NCBI RefSeq assembly: GCF_000026545.1
Contig: NC_011601.1
Length of the DNA: 64,000 nucleotides
Direction: 5' to 3' (one strand)
From: Escherichia coli O127:H6 str. E2348/69
GTDB taxonomy: Bacteria; Pseudomonadota; Gammaproteobacteria; Enterobacterales; Enterobacteriaceae
Shown here: one piece after another, positions 55,543 through 64,000 of the stretch
Layout of the letters: the number at the start of each line of letters is the position of its first letter
Position numbering within the stretch: the first letter of the stretch is position 1
Translations under genes and position numbers: made by a program
Notes under the pieces: generated by a model
What the model was told of the DNA's origin: nothing
Databases searched by the model: none
What the model saw: the letters and a program-made list of their open reading frames with translations, nothing else

Positions 55543-56883
55543 TTATAAGAATCCGTACATCGCGGCGAAGATCCAGCCGAAGACGCACGATACGCTCACA
55601 CCAATCAACCCCGGCAGAATAAAGCTGTGGTTGATGACGAAGCGACCGATGTGGGTGGTGCCGGAACGGTCAAACTGAATCGCTGCCAGATCGCTCGGAT
55701 AAGTCGGCAGGATGTAATAACCGTAGCAAGCCGGTGCTGAAGCCACGATGTATGCCGGATCAACGCCGATCGCCAGCGCGACCGGAACAATCGCCGCCAG
55801 CGCTGCAGCCTGAGAGTTTACAAACTTTGAAACCAGCAGCAGAACAATGGCATAGGCCCACGGATACTCTTTCACCATTTCACCCAGCACGCCCTGAATT
55901 TCAGACATATGCGCACCGAACATGGTTTCAGCCATCCATGCGATACCGTACACCGCCACGATGGCGATCATACCGGAACGGAAAACTTCGTTTTTTGAGA
56001 TAGACGCGGGATTGGTTTTGGTCAGGATAATAATCAGCGCCCCGGTCAGCAGCATAAACATCTGAATAACCAGTACCATCGACAGCGGTTTGCCGCCGAA
56101 GGATGGACGCAGGTCCGAATCAGCACCAAGAAGGGCGACTACAGCGATTGCCCCGAGGAAGATCCACATTGCCAGCCAGTTGCTTTTCGGCAGTTTTTTA
56201 TCGAGCAGCGTCGCGGTATCACCGTAAACATACTCACGGTTTTCCGGTACGGAGATGAATTTCTGGAACTCTTCGTCTTTATCCAGATCTTTACCGCGGA
56301 ACCAGCTGAAGATACCGATCGCCAGGATACCGATTAACGTCGATGGAATGGTGATTGCCAGCAGGTCGAGGAACTCAAGATGGCGACCATCAAAGGTGAC
56401 ATTACCCAGCATCGCAACCAAAGATACGACCGCAACCGACACCGGACTGGCGATAATCCCCATCTGTGCACCAATAGAACTTGCCGCCATCGGACGTTCC
56501 GGACGGATGTTGTTCTTAATAGCAACGTCGTAGATGATCGGCAGAATGGTGTAAACCACATGACCCGTACCGCAAAGAATGGTCAGCGTACAGGTCACAA
56601 ACGGCGCGACAATTGAGACATATTTCGGGTTGCGGCGCAGCAGCTTCTCGGCAATTTGCAGCATGACATCAAGACCGCCCGAAGCTTGCAAGGTCGCCGA
56701 TGCTGCCACCACCGCAATGATAACCAGCATGACATCAACCGGTGGTTTACCTGGCTGAAGGTGGAAGACGAAGACCAGAATGACCAGACCGATACCGCCT
56801 AATAAACCCAGCGCGATACCCCCCTTTCTGGCACCATAAAACAGACATATCAGTATTATGATAAGTTGGATAGTAAATAACAT
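55543..56883 (-). CDS. dcuB: Anaerobic C4-dicarboxylate antiporter
   Basis: 446 aa polytopic transporter. Confidence 0.95.
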
Positions 56884-57453
56884 GTGTGAACCCTCGCGAT
56901 AATCCTATTTAAATTTTTGCTGAATAGATCACAGTCACGTTCTGTTTTGTATGAACTGTTTTCAGAGCCTGACTAAATATCCGTTTGGTCGTTACCGGCT
57001 TGAGCAAATACCTCACAGTGAATATTGGCTGATTAAAGCAGCGGCAAATTTATGCACTGTGATAAGCGGCTTTTTCAGAGAGAAAGACTCTCTGGCGATG
57101 GGTTTATAGTTTGTACAGCGCAGATGTTAATGTTTTGTTTGCTGTTATCTTATTGATATTTATCGGTCTGTTTTTTGTTCTCAGGGCAGGTATCATTAGG
57201 TTTATAGATTAATCTGATCTACCCATTTGTGGGTAAAAATACACATAATGTGGGTGACATAATAGTTAATTAACTTTTGTTAGCGTTTTGAAATTAAAAA
57301 CACCGTTCATCTGAAGAGGTATTAATTTTTAGCGATGATGGAGGGATAATTATATTTGATCTGGCACAAGTTTTACTGATGAACGATGTAACTTGTGCCA
57401 GGGGTATTTTGCATTACGGTAATAATTATTACTTACAGATAACCAGCGATCCG

Positions 57454-58173
57454 TTATTGGCAATATTGTTTCAGTAGTGAGTAGTGTTCTGCCTGAATAC
57501 GGTAACGGTAAACCGGACGCCCCGTGACGCCATAATGGATACTGGTGAACAAGATGTGGCAGTTGACTAGCCAGATAAGGTATTTACGGCAGGAAACACG
57601 CGAGATGTTAACCTCGTTAGCCAGCTCGTCGGTTGAAAACTCATAGTCCTGATGCGCGTCAATCCACTGGCACAGCGTGCGTAACGTCTGCGGCGTTAAG
57701 CCTTTTGGCAAGCGACGAGGATCCTGCTCGTTGGAGCTGCTGCCGTGGATTAGCTGATCAAGCTCGGCCTGGTCATAATACTGATGTTTTTCCAGCGCCA
57801 TTTTCTTTTGCCGCCAGCCGGTGAGCGCCTCTTCAAAGCGGGAAGCCTGGAAGGGTTTGATCAGGTAATCCACAACACCGTAATGCAGCGAATCTTTGAT
57901 GGTTGCTGCATCGGCAGCGGAGGAGATGACAATCACATCACTTTTGCAACGCGCGTTATGCAGGACAGGCAGTAAATCGAGCCCGTTCTCTTTTTGCATA
58001 TAGATATCTAGCAATATCAGGTCGATAGGCGTATCGCTATTGAAGATAATCTCTTTGGCTTTCTCCAGCGTCGAAGCCGTTCCACAGCATTGAAAGCCCG
58101 GGATTTGTGCCACGTATCGGCGATTCAGCTCCGCGACCATTGCGTCGTCATCGATAATTAATACATTGATCAT
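57454..58173 (-). CDS. dcuR: C4-dicarboxylate response regulator
   Basis: 239 aa receiver plus HTH; 4-nt overlap with dcuS. Confidence 0.93.
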   Translation of the reverse strand: MINVLIIDDDAMVAELNRRYVAQIPGFQCCGTASTLEKAKEIIFNSDTPIDLILLDIYMQKENGLDLLPVLHNARCKSDVIVISSAADAATIKDSLHYGVVDYLIKPFQASRFEEALTGWRQKKMALEKHQYYDQAELDQLIHGSSSNEQDPRRLPKGLTPQTLRTLCQWIDAHQDYEFSTDELANEVNISRVSCRKYLIWLVNCHILFTSIHYGVTGRPVYRYRIQAEHYSLLKQYCQ

Positions 58174-59801
58174 CTGTTCGACCTCTCCCCGTCCCAGGGT
58201 ATCTGGACAAAAAATTGTGTGAAAATCCCGGGTTCCGATTCCACGGCGATGCTGCCGCCGAGATTTTCTACCTGTTGTTTGACAAGTGCTAAACCGACGC
58301 CTCGCTCGCTTCCTTTTGTCGAGACACCTTTGTCAAAAATGTGATCGATTTTGTCGGGTGCGATCCCCGGTCCATCATCGTTAACTTCGCAGTGCAGCCA
58401 GCCGTGACGGTAGTGCAATGTTACGCTAATTTCGCCACCGGGTTCCGGTCCTAATGCCTCCAGCGCGTTTTCTATCAGATTTCCCAACGTGGTAATCAGC
58501 GTCGCGACCTGATCCTCACTACCGCTGTCTGGCAGCTGGCTTTCACTGTTTAAAATTAGCGTATGGCCTAAATCGGTCGCGCGGTTAATCTTGCTGATTA
58601 AAAAACCAGCGATAACCGGAGATTTGATCTTACCCAGCAGAGAGCCAATCTCTTCCTGATAGTTATTGGCTGTTTTGAGAATGTAATCTTCCAACTGCTT
58701 ATAACTCTTCAGATGCAATAATCCGAGAATCACATGCAATTTATTCATAAATTCGTGGGATCGTTCACGAAGTGCGTCAGCATAGTTGACCAGACCGTCG
58801 AGTCGCTGCATCAGTTTACGTACTTCAGTTTTGTCCCTGAAGGTTGAAATGGCACCGATGATAACGCCATTACTGCGCACCGGAACGGTGTTGATCAGTA
58901 ATAGTCGGTCCTTAATCGTAATCTCTTCGTCGCGGCGTGGGGTTCCGTCGCGTAACACTTCCGAGACATCTACCACCTGTGACCACGAGTGGCTTAGCGT
59001 CGACAGTTTCTCATCGTCCTGCGACTTACGGTAATTCAGCAATTCTTGTGCGGCATCGTTGATCAGCGTGACCTCGCCGCGATCGTCCACGGCAACGACG
59101 CCTTCTTTGATGGACTGCAACATGGCCTGGCGTTGCTCAAACAGTGTGGAGATTTCGTAGGGTTCCAGGCCGAAAAGGATTTTTTTCAGTACGTTAACCA
59201 GAATGCAGGTGCCGATCAGTCCGACCAGCATGCCAAATAGTACCGACCAGATAATGCTCCAGCGACTGTCATTGATCTGTTGGGTCACGCGGCTTAACTC
59301 AAGGCCGATCGCCACCACGCCAATTTGTTTATGATTTTCATCGTAGATGGGGGTAAATACGCGTAAAGCCTGCGCCAGAAAACCGCGATTGATAGCGACA
59401 TTTTCTTCGCCATTCAGCGCTTTAAGGATGTCATCACCTTTAAATGGCTGACCAATACGCTGGGCTTCAGGATGCGAGTAGCGAAGACTGTGCATATCGG
59501 TAACGACAATAAACAGCAGATCGCTGCGTTTGCGCACGGCTTCCGCGATGGCCTGGATTCCACTCTCCTGCGGTTTTTTCTGCAAGCCCTGACGGATTTC
59601 TGGCGAGTCGGCGAGGGTACGCGCTACTGCCAGAGCCTTGTTAGCTAGCCCGTCTCGCGTCATGTCACTGATTTGCGAGAAGTAAATCAGATGCACCACC
59701 AATAGTACCGAGAACAGTACCGCGCTGACCATTAAGATCACAGTGGTACTCAATTTCATCGGACGTTTGCGTAACATACGGTAGGGCAATGAATGTCTCA
59801 T
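58170..59801 (-). CDS. dcuS: C4-dicarboxylate sensor histidine kinase
   Basis: 543 aa with periplasmic PAS, cytoplasmic PAS and kinase domains. Confidence 0.93.
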   Translation of the reverse strand: MRHSLPYRMLRKRPMKLSTTVILMVSAVLFSVLLVVHLIYFSQISDMTRDGLANKALAVARTLADSPEIRQGLQKKPQESGIQAIAEAVRKRSDLLFIVVTDMHSLRYSHPEAQRIGQPFKGDDILKALNGEENVAINRGFLAQALRVFTPIYDENHKQIGVVAIGLELSRVTQQINDSRWSIIWSVLFGMLVGLIGTCILVNVLKKILFGLEPYEISTLFEQRQAMLQSIKEGVVAVDDRGEVTLINDAAQELLNYRKSQDDEKLSTLSHSWSQVVDVSEVLRDGTPRRDEEITIKDRLLLINTVPVRSNGVIIGAISTFRDKTEVRKLMQRLDGLVNYADALRERSHEFMNKLHVILGLLHLKSYKQLEDYILKTANNYQEEIGSLLGKIKSPVIAGFLISKINRATDLGHTLILNSESQLPDSGSEDQVATLITTLGNLIENALEALGPEPGGEISVTLHYRHGWLHCEVNDDGPGIAPDKIDHIFDKGVSTKGSERGVGLALVKQQVENLGGSIAVESEPGIFTQFFVQIPWDGERSNR

Positions 59802-59981
59802 CAGCTTCCTTGTGTGACAAATTTCTTAAGCATTATCTCTGATGAGGCGGGTAATTCAAAGGGAGTAAGAATGATTGGCTATATAGGGGAGGAGACTCTG
59901 GCAACGGAAACTGCCAGTGCTGTATGAAGATTCCGGGGCTATGCTTATAGTGAAAACCATACTGATGAGAGAGGGAAGGTC

Positions 59982-60212
59982 ATGGATCAGGCGCTACTGG
60001 ACGGGGGTTATCGCTGTTATACCGGCGAAAAGATCGATGTCTATTTCAACACTGCGATATGTCAGCATTCTGGCAATTGCGTACGTGGCAACGGCAAGTT
60101 ATTTAATCTCAAACGAAAGCCGTGGATCATGCCGGATGAAGTCGACGTCGCCACTGTGGTTAAAGTGATTAATACGTGCCCGAGCGTCGCGCTGAAATAC
60201 CGTCATAAATAA
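59982..60212 (+). CDS. yjdI: Small cysteine-rich protein
   Basis: 76 aa, four Cys. Confidence 0.8.
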   Translation: MDQALLDGGYRCYTGEKIDVYFNTAICQHSGNCVRGNGKLFNLKRKPWIMPDEVDVATVVKVINTCPSVALKYRHK

Positions 60213-60223
60213 GCGAGGGTAAA

Positions 60224-60496
60224 ATGGAAATACGCGAAGGCCACAATAAATTTTACATTAATGACGAACAGGGCAAGCAAATCGCTGAAATTGTCTTTGT
60301 GCCGACCGGAGAGAATTTAGCGATTATCGAACATACCGATGTCGATGAAAGCCTGAAAGGGCAGGGGATTGGTAAACAGCTGGTTGCGAAAGTCGTGGAA
60401 AAAATGCGTCGGGAAAAACGAAAAATTATCCCACTATGCCCATTTGCGAAACACGAATTTGATAAAACACGGGAGTATGATGATATTCGCAGTTGA
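60224..60496 (+). CDS. yjdJ: Small GNAT-like acetyltransferase-fold protein
   Basis: 90 aa. Confidence 0.8.
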   Translation: MEIREGHNKFYINDEQGKQIAEIVFVPTGENLAIIEHTDVDESLKGQGIGKQLVAKVVEKMRREKRKIIPLCPFAKHEFDKTREYDDIRS

Positions 60497-60723
60497 TGGG
60501 AGAGTACAGAGTCGCGATATTTTTCATGCTCTCCGCGGTGTGATGCAGGAGAGCATCTGAAGGGTAGGGGATGCACAAAGAATGGTCAGAGAGAGCGTTT
60601 TTTTGTCCCAAGTCATCCCCTTTACTGAGCAAAAAAAAAAGAATATCTCCTATATGAGAATCATCATTCGGGGTTAATAAGTTTTGCGTCCCCAGAGCGT
60701 TCAATATTGATAGGAGTCATATT

Positions 60724-61020
60724 ATGGAAGGTAAAAACAAGTTCAATACTTATGTTGTTTCTTTTGATTATCCATCATCTTATTCCTCAGTGTTCTTAAG
60801 GTTAAGATCATTGATGTATGATATGAATTTCTCCTCTATCGTGGCTGATGAATATGGGATACCACGACAATTGAATGAAAACTCCTTCGCAATAACGACA
60901 TCGTTAGCCGCAAGTGAAATCGAAGATTTAATCAGGCTTAAATGCTTAGACTTACCGGATATTGACTTTGACCTCAACATTATGACCGTTGATGACTATT
61001 TCCGTCAGTTTTACAAGTAG
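60724..61020 (+). CDS. ghoS: Type V antitoxin, RNA endonuclease GhoS
   Basis: 98 aa ORF immediately upstream of the ghoT small ORF. Confidence 0.85.
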   Translation: MEGKNKFNTYVVSFDYPSSYSSVFLRLRSLMYDMNFSSIVADEYGIPRQLNENSFAITTSLAASEIEDLIRLKCLDLPDIDFDLNIMTVDDYFRQFYK

Positions 61021-61047
61021 CCAGGAAGGATAAGAAGAACATAAAAA

Positions 61048-61221
61048 ATGGCACTATTCTCTAAAATATTAATTTTTTATGTGATTGGTGTGAACATATC
61101 CTTTGTCATTATCTGGTTTATCTCACATGAGAAAACACATATTCGTTTACTTAGTGCATTCCTGGTCGGAATAACCTGGCCAATGAGTTTACCTGTGGCA
61201 TTACTTTTTTCTCTCTTTTAG
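61048..61221 (+). CDS. ghoT: Small membrane toxin GhoT (57 aa)
   Basis: Hand-translated ORF MALFSKILIFYVIGVNISFVIIWFISHEKTHIRLLSAFLVGITWPMSLPVALLFSLF; two predicted TM helices; below the track's size cutoff. Confidence 0.8.
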   Translation: MALFSKILIFYVIGVNISFVIIWFISHEKTHIRLLSAFLVGITWPMSLPVALLFSLF

Positions 61222-61296
61222 GAGTTGTAGTTGAGTGGACCCGCTGGTTATCGTGAAACGAAGCGTCTCTCCTCAAAACTGGATTTGCGGAACGAC

Positions 61297-61326
61297 GAAC
61301 GAAGCAGCCGCCTGACTGCTTCGTTC
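61297..61326. terminator. 11-bp stem hairpin between convergent ghoT and lysU, candidate bidirectional terminator
   Basis: gaacgaagcag ... ctgcttcgttc, followed by a moderately U-rich tract on the plus strand. Confidence 0.5.
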
Positions 61327-61339
61327 ATTTAAGTGAAAT

Positions 61340-62857
61340 TTATTTCTGTGGGCGCATCGCCGGGAAGAGAATAACGTCGCGAATAGTATGGCTGTTAGTA
61401 AACAGCATAATCATTCGGTCGATACCAATACCCAGACCAGCGGTTGGCGGCAGACCATATTCCAGCGCAGTCACGTAATCTTCGTCATAGAACATGGCTT
61501 CGTCGTCACCTGCAGCTTTAGCGTTAACCTGTTCCTGGAAACGTTCAGCCTGATCTTCTGCATCGTTTAATTCGCTAAAACCATTACCGATTTCACGACC
61601 ACCGATGAAGAATTCAAAACGGTCGGTGATTTCCGGGTTAACATCATTACGGCGCGCCAGCGGGGACACTTCTGCTGGATATTCCGTAATAAAGGTTGGC
61701 TGAATCAGATGTGCTTCTGCCACTTCATCAAAGATCTCCGTGACAATACGTCCCAGCCCCCAGCTTTTCTCTACCATAATACCAATAGATTCAGCTAATG
61801 CTTTAGCGGCATCAAAATTATCCAGATCCGCCATATCGGTTTCTGGACGATATTTTTTGATTGCTTCGCGCATGGTGAGTTTTTCAAACGGTTTGCCGAA
61901 ATCAAACACATGCTCGCCATAAGTGACTTTAGTGGTACCAAGAACCTCTTGTGCCAGGGTGCGGAACAGGGACTCCGTCAGTTCAATCAAATCGTGGTAA
62001 TCCGCATACGCCATGTAGAGTTCCATCATTGTGAACTCAGGATTATGGCGAACAGAAATACCTTCATTACGGAAGTTACGGTTGATTTCGAATACCCGTT
62101 CAAAACCGCCTACAACCAGACGTTTCAGATACAGCTCCGGCGCGATACGCAGGTACATATCTAAATCCAGAGCGTTATGATGGGTTATAAACGGGCGAGC
62201 AGATGCCCCACCTGGAATTACCTGCATCATCGGGGTTTCTACTTCCATAAAGCCGCGCGCGACCATGAACTGGCGGATAGCGGCCAGAATTTTTGAACGG
62301 ACAACAAACGTTTGACGGGATTTATCGTTAGCGATGAGGTCCAGATAACGTTGACGATAACGGACTTCCTGATCCTGCAGACCATGGAATTTATCTGGTA
62401 AAGGACGTAGTGCTTTAGTCAGCAGGCGCAGCTCAGTACAGTGAATGGAAAGCGCACCCGTTTGCGTCTTAAACAGCGTACCGCGGGCACCGATAATGTC
62501 ACCCAGATCCCATTTTTTAAACTGATCGTTATAAACACCTTCTGGCAGGCTATCTCTTGCAACGTACAGTTGAATACGGCCACCGACATCCTGCAACGTT
62601 ACAAAGGAGGCTTTCCCCATAATACGACGGGTCATCATTCGGCCAGCAACCGAGACTTCAATGTTTAAGGATTCCAGTTCCTGGTTATCCTTCGCATCAA
62701 ACTCTTCGTGCAACTGGTCAGAGGTATGGTCGCGGCGAAAATCATTGGGAAACGCCACACCTTGCTGACGTAGTGCCGCCAGTTTTTCGCGGCGATTTCT
62801 CAGTTCATCGTTAAAATCAATAGCCTCATTGGCTCCCCGTGTTTCTCGTTCAGACAT
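61340..62857 (-). CDS. lysU: Lysyl-tRNA synthetase, inducible isoform
   Basis: Start at [13 protein letters not shown] (track extends 9 codons); class II aaRS. Confidence 0.93.
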   Translation of the reverse strand: MSERETRGANEAIDFNDELRNRREKLAALRQQGVAFPNDFRRDHTSDQLHEEFDAKDNQELESLNIEVSVAGRMMTRRIMGKASFVTLQDVGGRIQLYVARDSLPEGVYNDQFKKWDLGDIIGARGTLFKTQTGALSIHCTELRLLTKALRPLPDKFHGLQDQEVRYRQRYLDLIANDKSRQTFVVRSKILAAIRQFMVARGFMEVETPMMQVIPGGASARPFITHHNALDLDMYLRIAPELYLKRLVVGGFERVFEINRNFRNEGISVRHNPEFTMMELYMAYADYHDLIELTESLFRTLAQEVLGTTKVTYGEHVFDFGKPFEKLTMREAIKKYRPETDMADLDNFDAAKALAESIGIMVEKSWGLGRIVTEIFDEVAEAHLIQPTFITEYPAEVSPLARRNDVNPEITDRFEFFIGGREIGNGFSELNDAEDQAERFQEQVNAKAAGDDEAMFYDEDYVTALEYGLPPTAGLGIGIDRMIMLFTNSHTIRDVILFPAMRPQK

Positions 62858-63093
62858 TTTGGTTCCTCTAAATCCAGCTTTCAATTTAGCGTAGATAAAG
62901 AGACAGATCGGTACACTGTATTATCTGCCTCGACTATTAATAACTCAGTTTATCTTATCGAAACTAACGCTTACCTCAAGTTGATATCACTAATAAATAA
63001 CCATCAAAATGGTTTAAATGACTTATTAATCTCGATTTACTAGTGTGATAAACTGAAAGTTAATTTATTCATAACCAATTGTTTTTAAGACAG

Positions 63094-64000
63094 TTAATCG
63101 TTGCTCTCCTGTATCATATTCGTCGGCGTGCTAAACAGAAAACGGGTAGCAAAGGCCAATACCACGATGATCGCGACACAAGCCAACGTCCACTCTCCCA
63201 TCTGAGAAAAGAATCGCTGGTAAGCGGCAATTGCCATACCGCTAATTTGCGACTCTGTCGTCTGCTGTGCCACGACGCCTGCCAGCCAGTTGGCGACCGC
63301 GCCTGTTGCCAGCATATAAATACCGGTTAATACGCCAGACATTTTCAGACGCGTGATTTGCGCAATCGCCACCGGGTCAATAAAGAGTTCAGCAAAGCCC
63401 ATTAGCGCCAGCCCGGATATCATCACGCCCATTGACGCTTGACCGCCAGCCGCTGCATGTCGGGCATCAAATGCCAGCAACATAAAGCCACAAGCCATCA
63501 GCAGTAAGCCAAAGGCAAACTTCAGCCAGACGCGCAATGCTGAATTGCCGCGGCTTTCTGGCGACGCCAGCCAGGCCAGAACAACCCCAGCGAGCATCAC
63601 CGCAATGGCATTCACCGACTGGAATAGTGCTGTAGGTACTTCAATATTGAATGCCTGACGATTCACAAAGCGATCGATAAACAAGCTGATGGTACTGCCG
63701 CCCTGTTGTGCCAGTACCCAGAACAACGTCCCGACAAACATCAACAATACAATTTGCCAAAGAGCACGGCGGTGTTCGGGGAATTTGATCATCATGCGGG
63801 CAATGATTTGTGCGGCAATGAGGCAAACGATCGCCAGCAAATATCCGGACCAGTCGTTCTCCAGCAGCAGGGTAAAAAATACTGGGGCTAAACAGAGCAT
63901 CACCACTAACCAGCTCCATACTGGTAAGGCAAATTTGACGCTTGTGAGCGCTTTTTTATCCATACTACGCGTGGACTGGAAATGACGATGACCACTTAAG
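63094..64000 (-). CDS. dtpC: Dipeptide/tripeptide:proton symporter (POT family), 5' end beyond window edge
   Basis: Reading frame open to the window end; the track ORF starts at an internal Met. Confidence 0.88.
   Translation of the reverse strand, partial: LSGHRHFQSTRSMDKKALTSVKFALPVWSWLVVMLCLAPVFFTLLLENDWSGYLLAIVCLIAAQIIARMMIKFPEHRRALWQIVLLMFVGTLFWVLAQQGGSTISLFIDRFVNRQAFNIEVPTALFQSVNAIAVMLAGVVLAWLASPESRGNSALRVWLKFAFGLLLMACGFMLLAFDARHAAAGGQASMGVMISGLALMGFAELFIDPVAIAQITRLKMSGVLTGIYMLATGAVANWLAGVVAQQTTESQISGMAIAAYQRFFSQMGEWTLACVAIIVVLAFATRFLFSTPTNMIQESND

Noticed and set aside
59917-60168. 83-aa ORF overlapping the yjdI start region
   Set aside because: Out-of-frame overlap with the better-supported yjdI ORF; low-complexity translation.

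Overview
The window reads as a contiguous stretch of Escherichia coli chromosome, from the 3' part of gltP to the 3' part of dtpC, with most genes on the minus strand. Gene order matches what I recall of K-12 (min ~92-93): gltP, yjcO, fdhF (selenoprotein), ytcA-mdtNOP, yjcS, the als operon with rpiR and rpiB, yjdP, the 14-gene phnCDEFGHIJKLMNOP C-P lyase operon, yjdN, yjdM, crfC-yjcZ, proP, pmrR, eptA-basRS, adiC-adiY-adiA, melR-melA, yjdF, fumB, dcuB, dcuSR, yjdIJ, ghoST, lysU, dtpC. Three departures from the K-12 layout as I remember it: (1) a five-gene Opp/Dpp/Nik-family ABC importer sits between yjcO and fdhF; (2) phnE is an intact reading frame; (3) melB is missing, with the melA and yjdF stop codons overlapping convergently. 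I see no IS elements, integrases, prophage genes, CRISPR arrays, tRNA or rRNA genes. I do not see convincing evidence for a wholly new biological system; the accessory ABC locus and the melB junction are the most worthwhile follow-ups. All K-12 comparisons are from memory, not from a search. Starts were moved off the ORF track where it used an upstream non-ATG start; track boundaries are authoritative, since my hand counting disagreed with the track by 1 nt around phnG/phnH, so coordinates of features not in the track (pmrR, ghoT, REPs, hairpins, binding sites) may be off by 1-2 nt.
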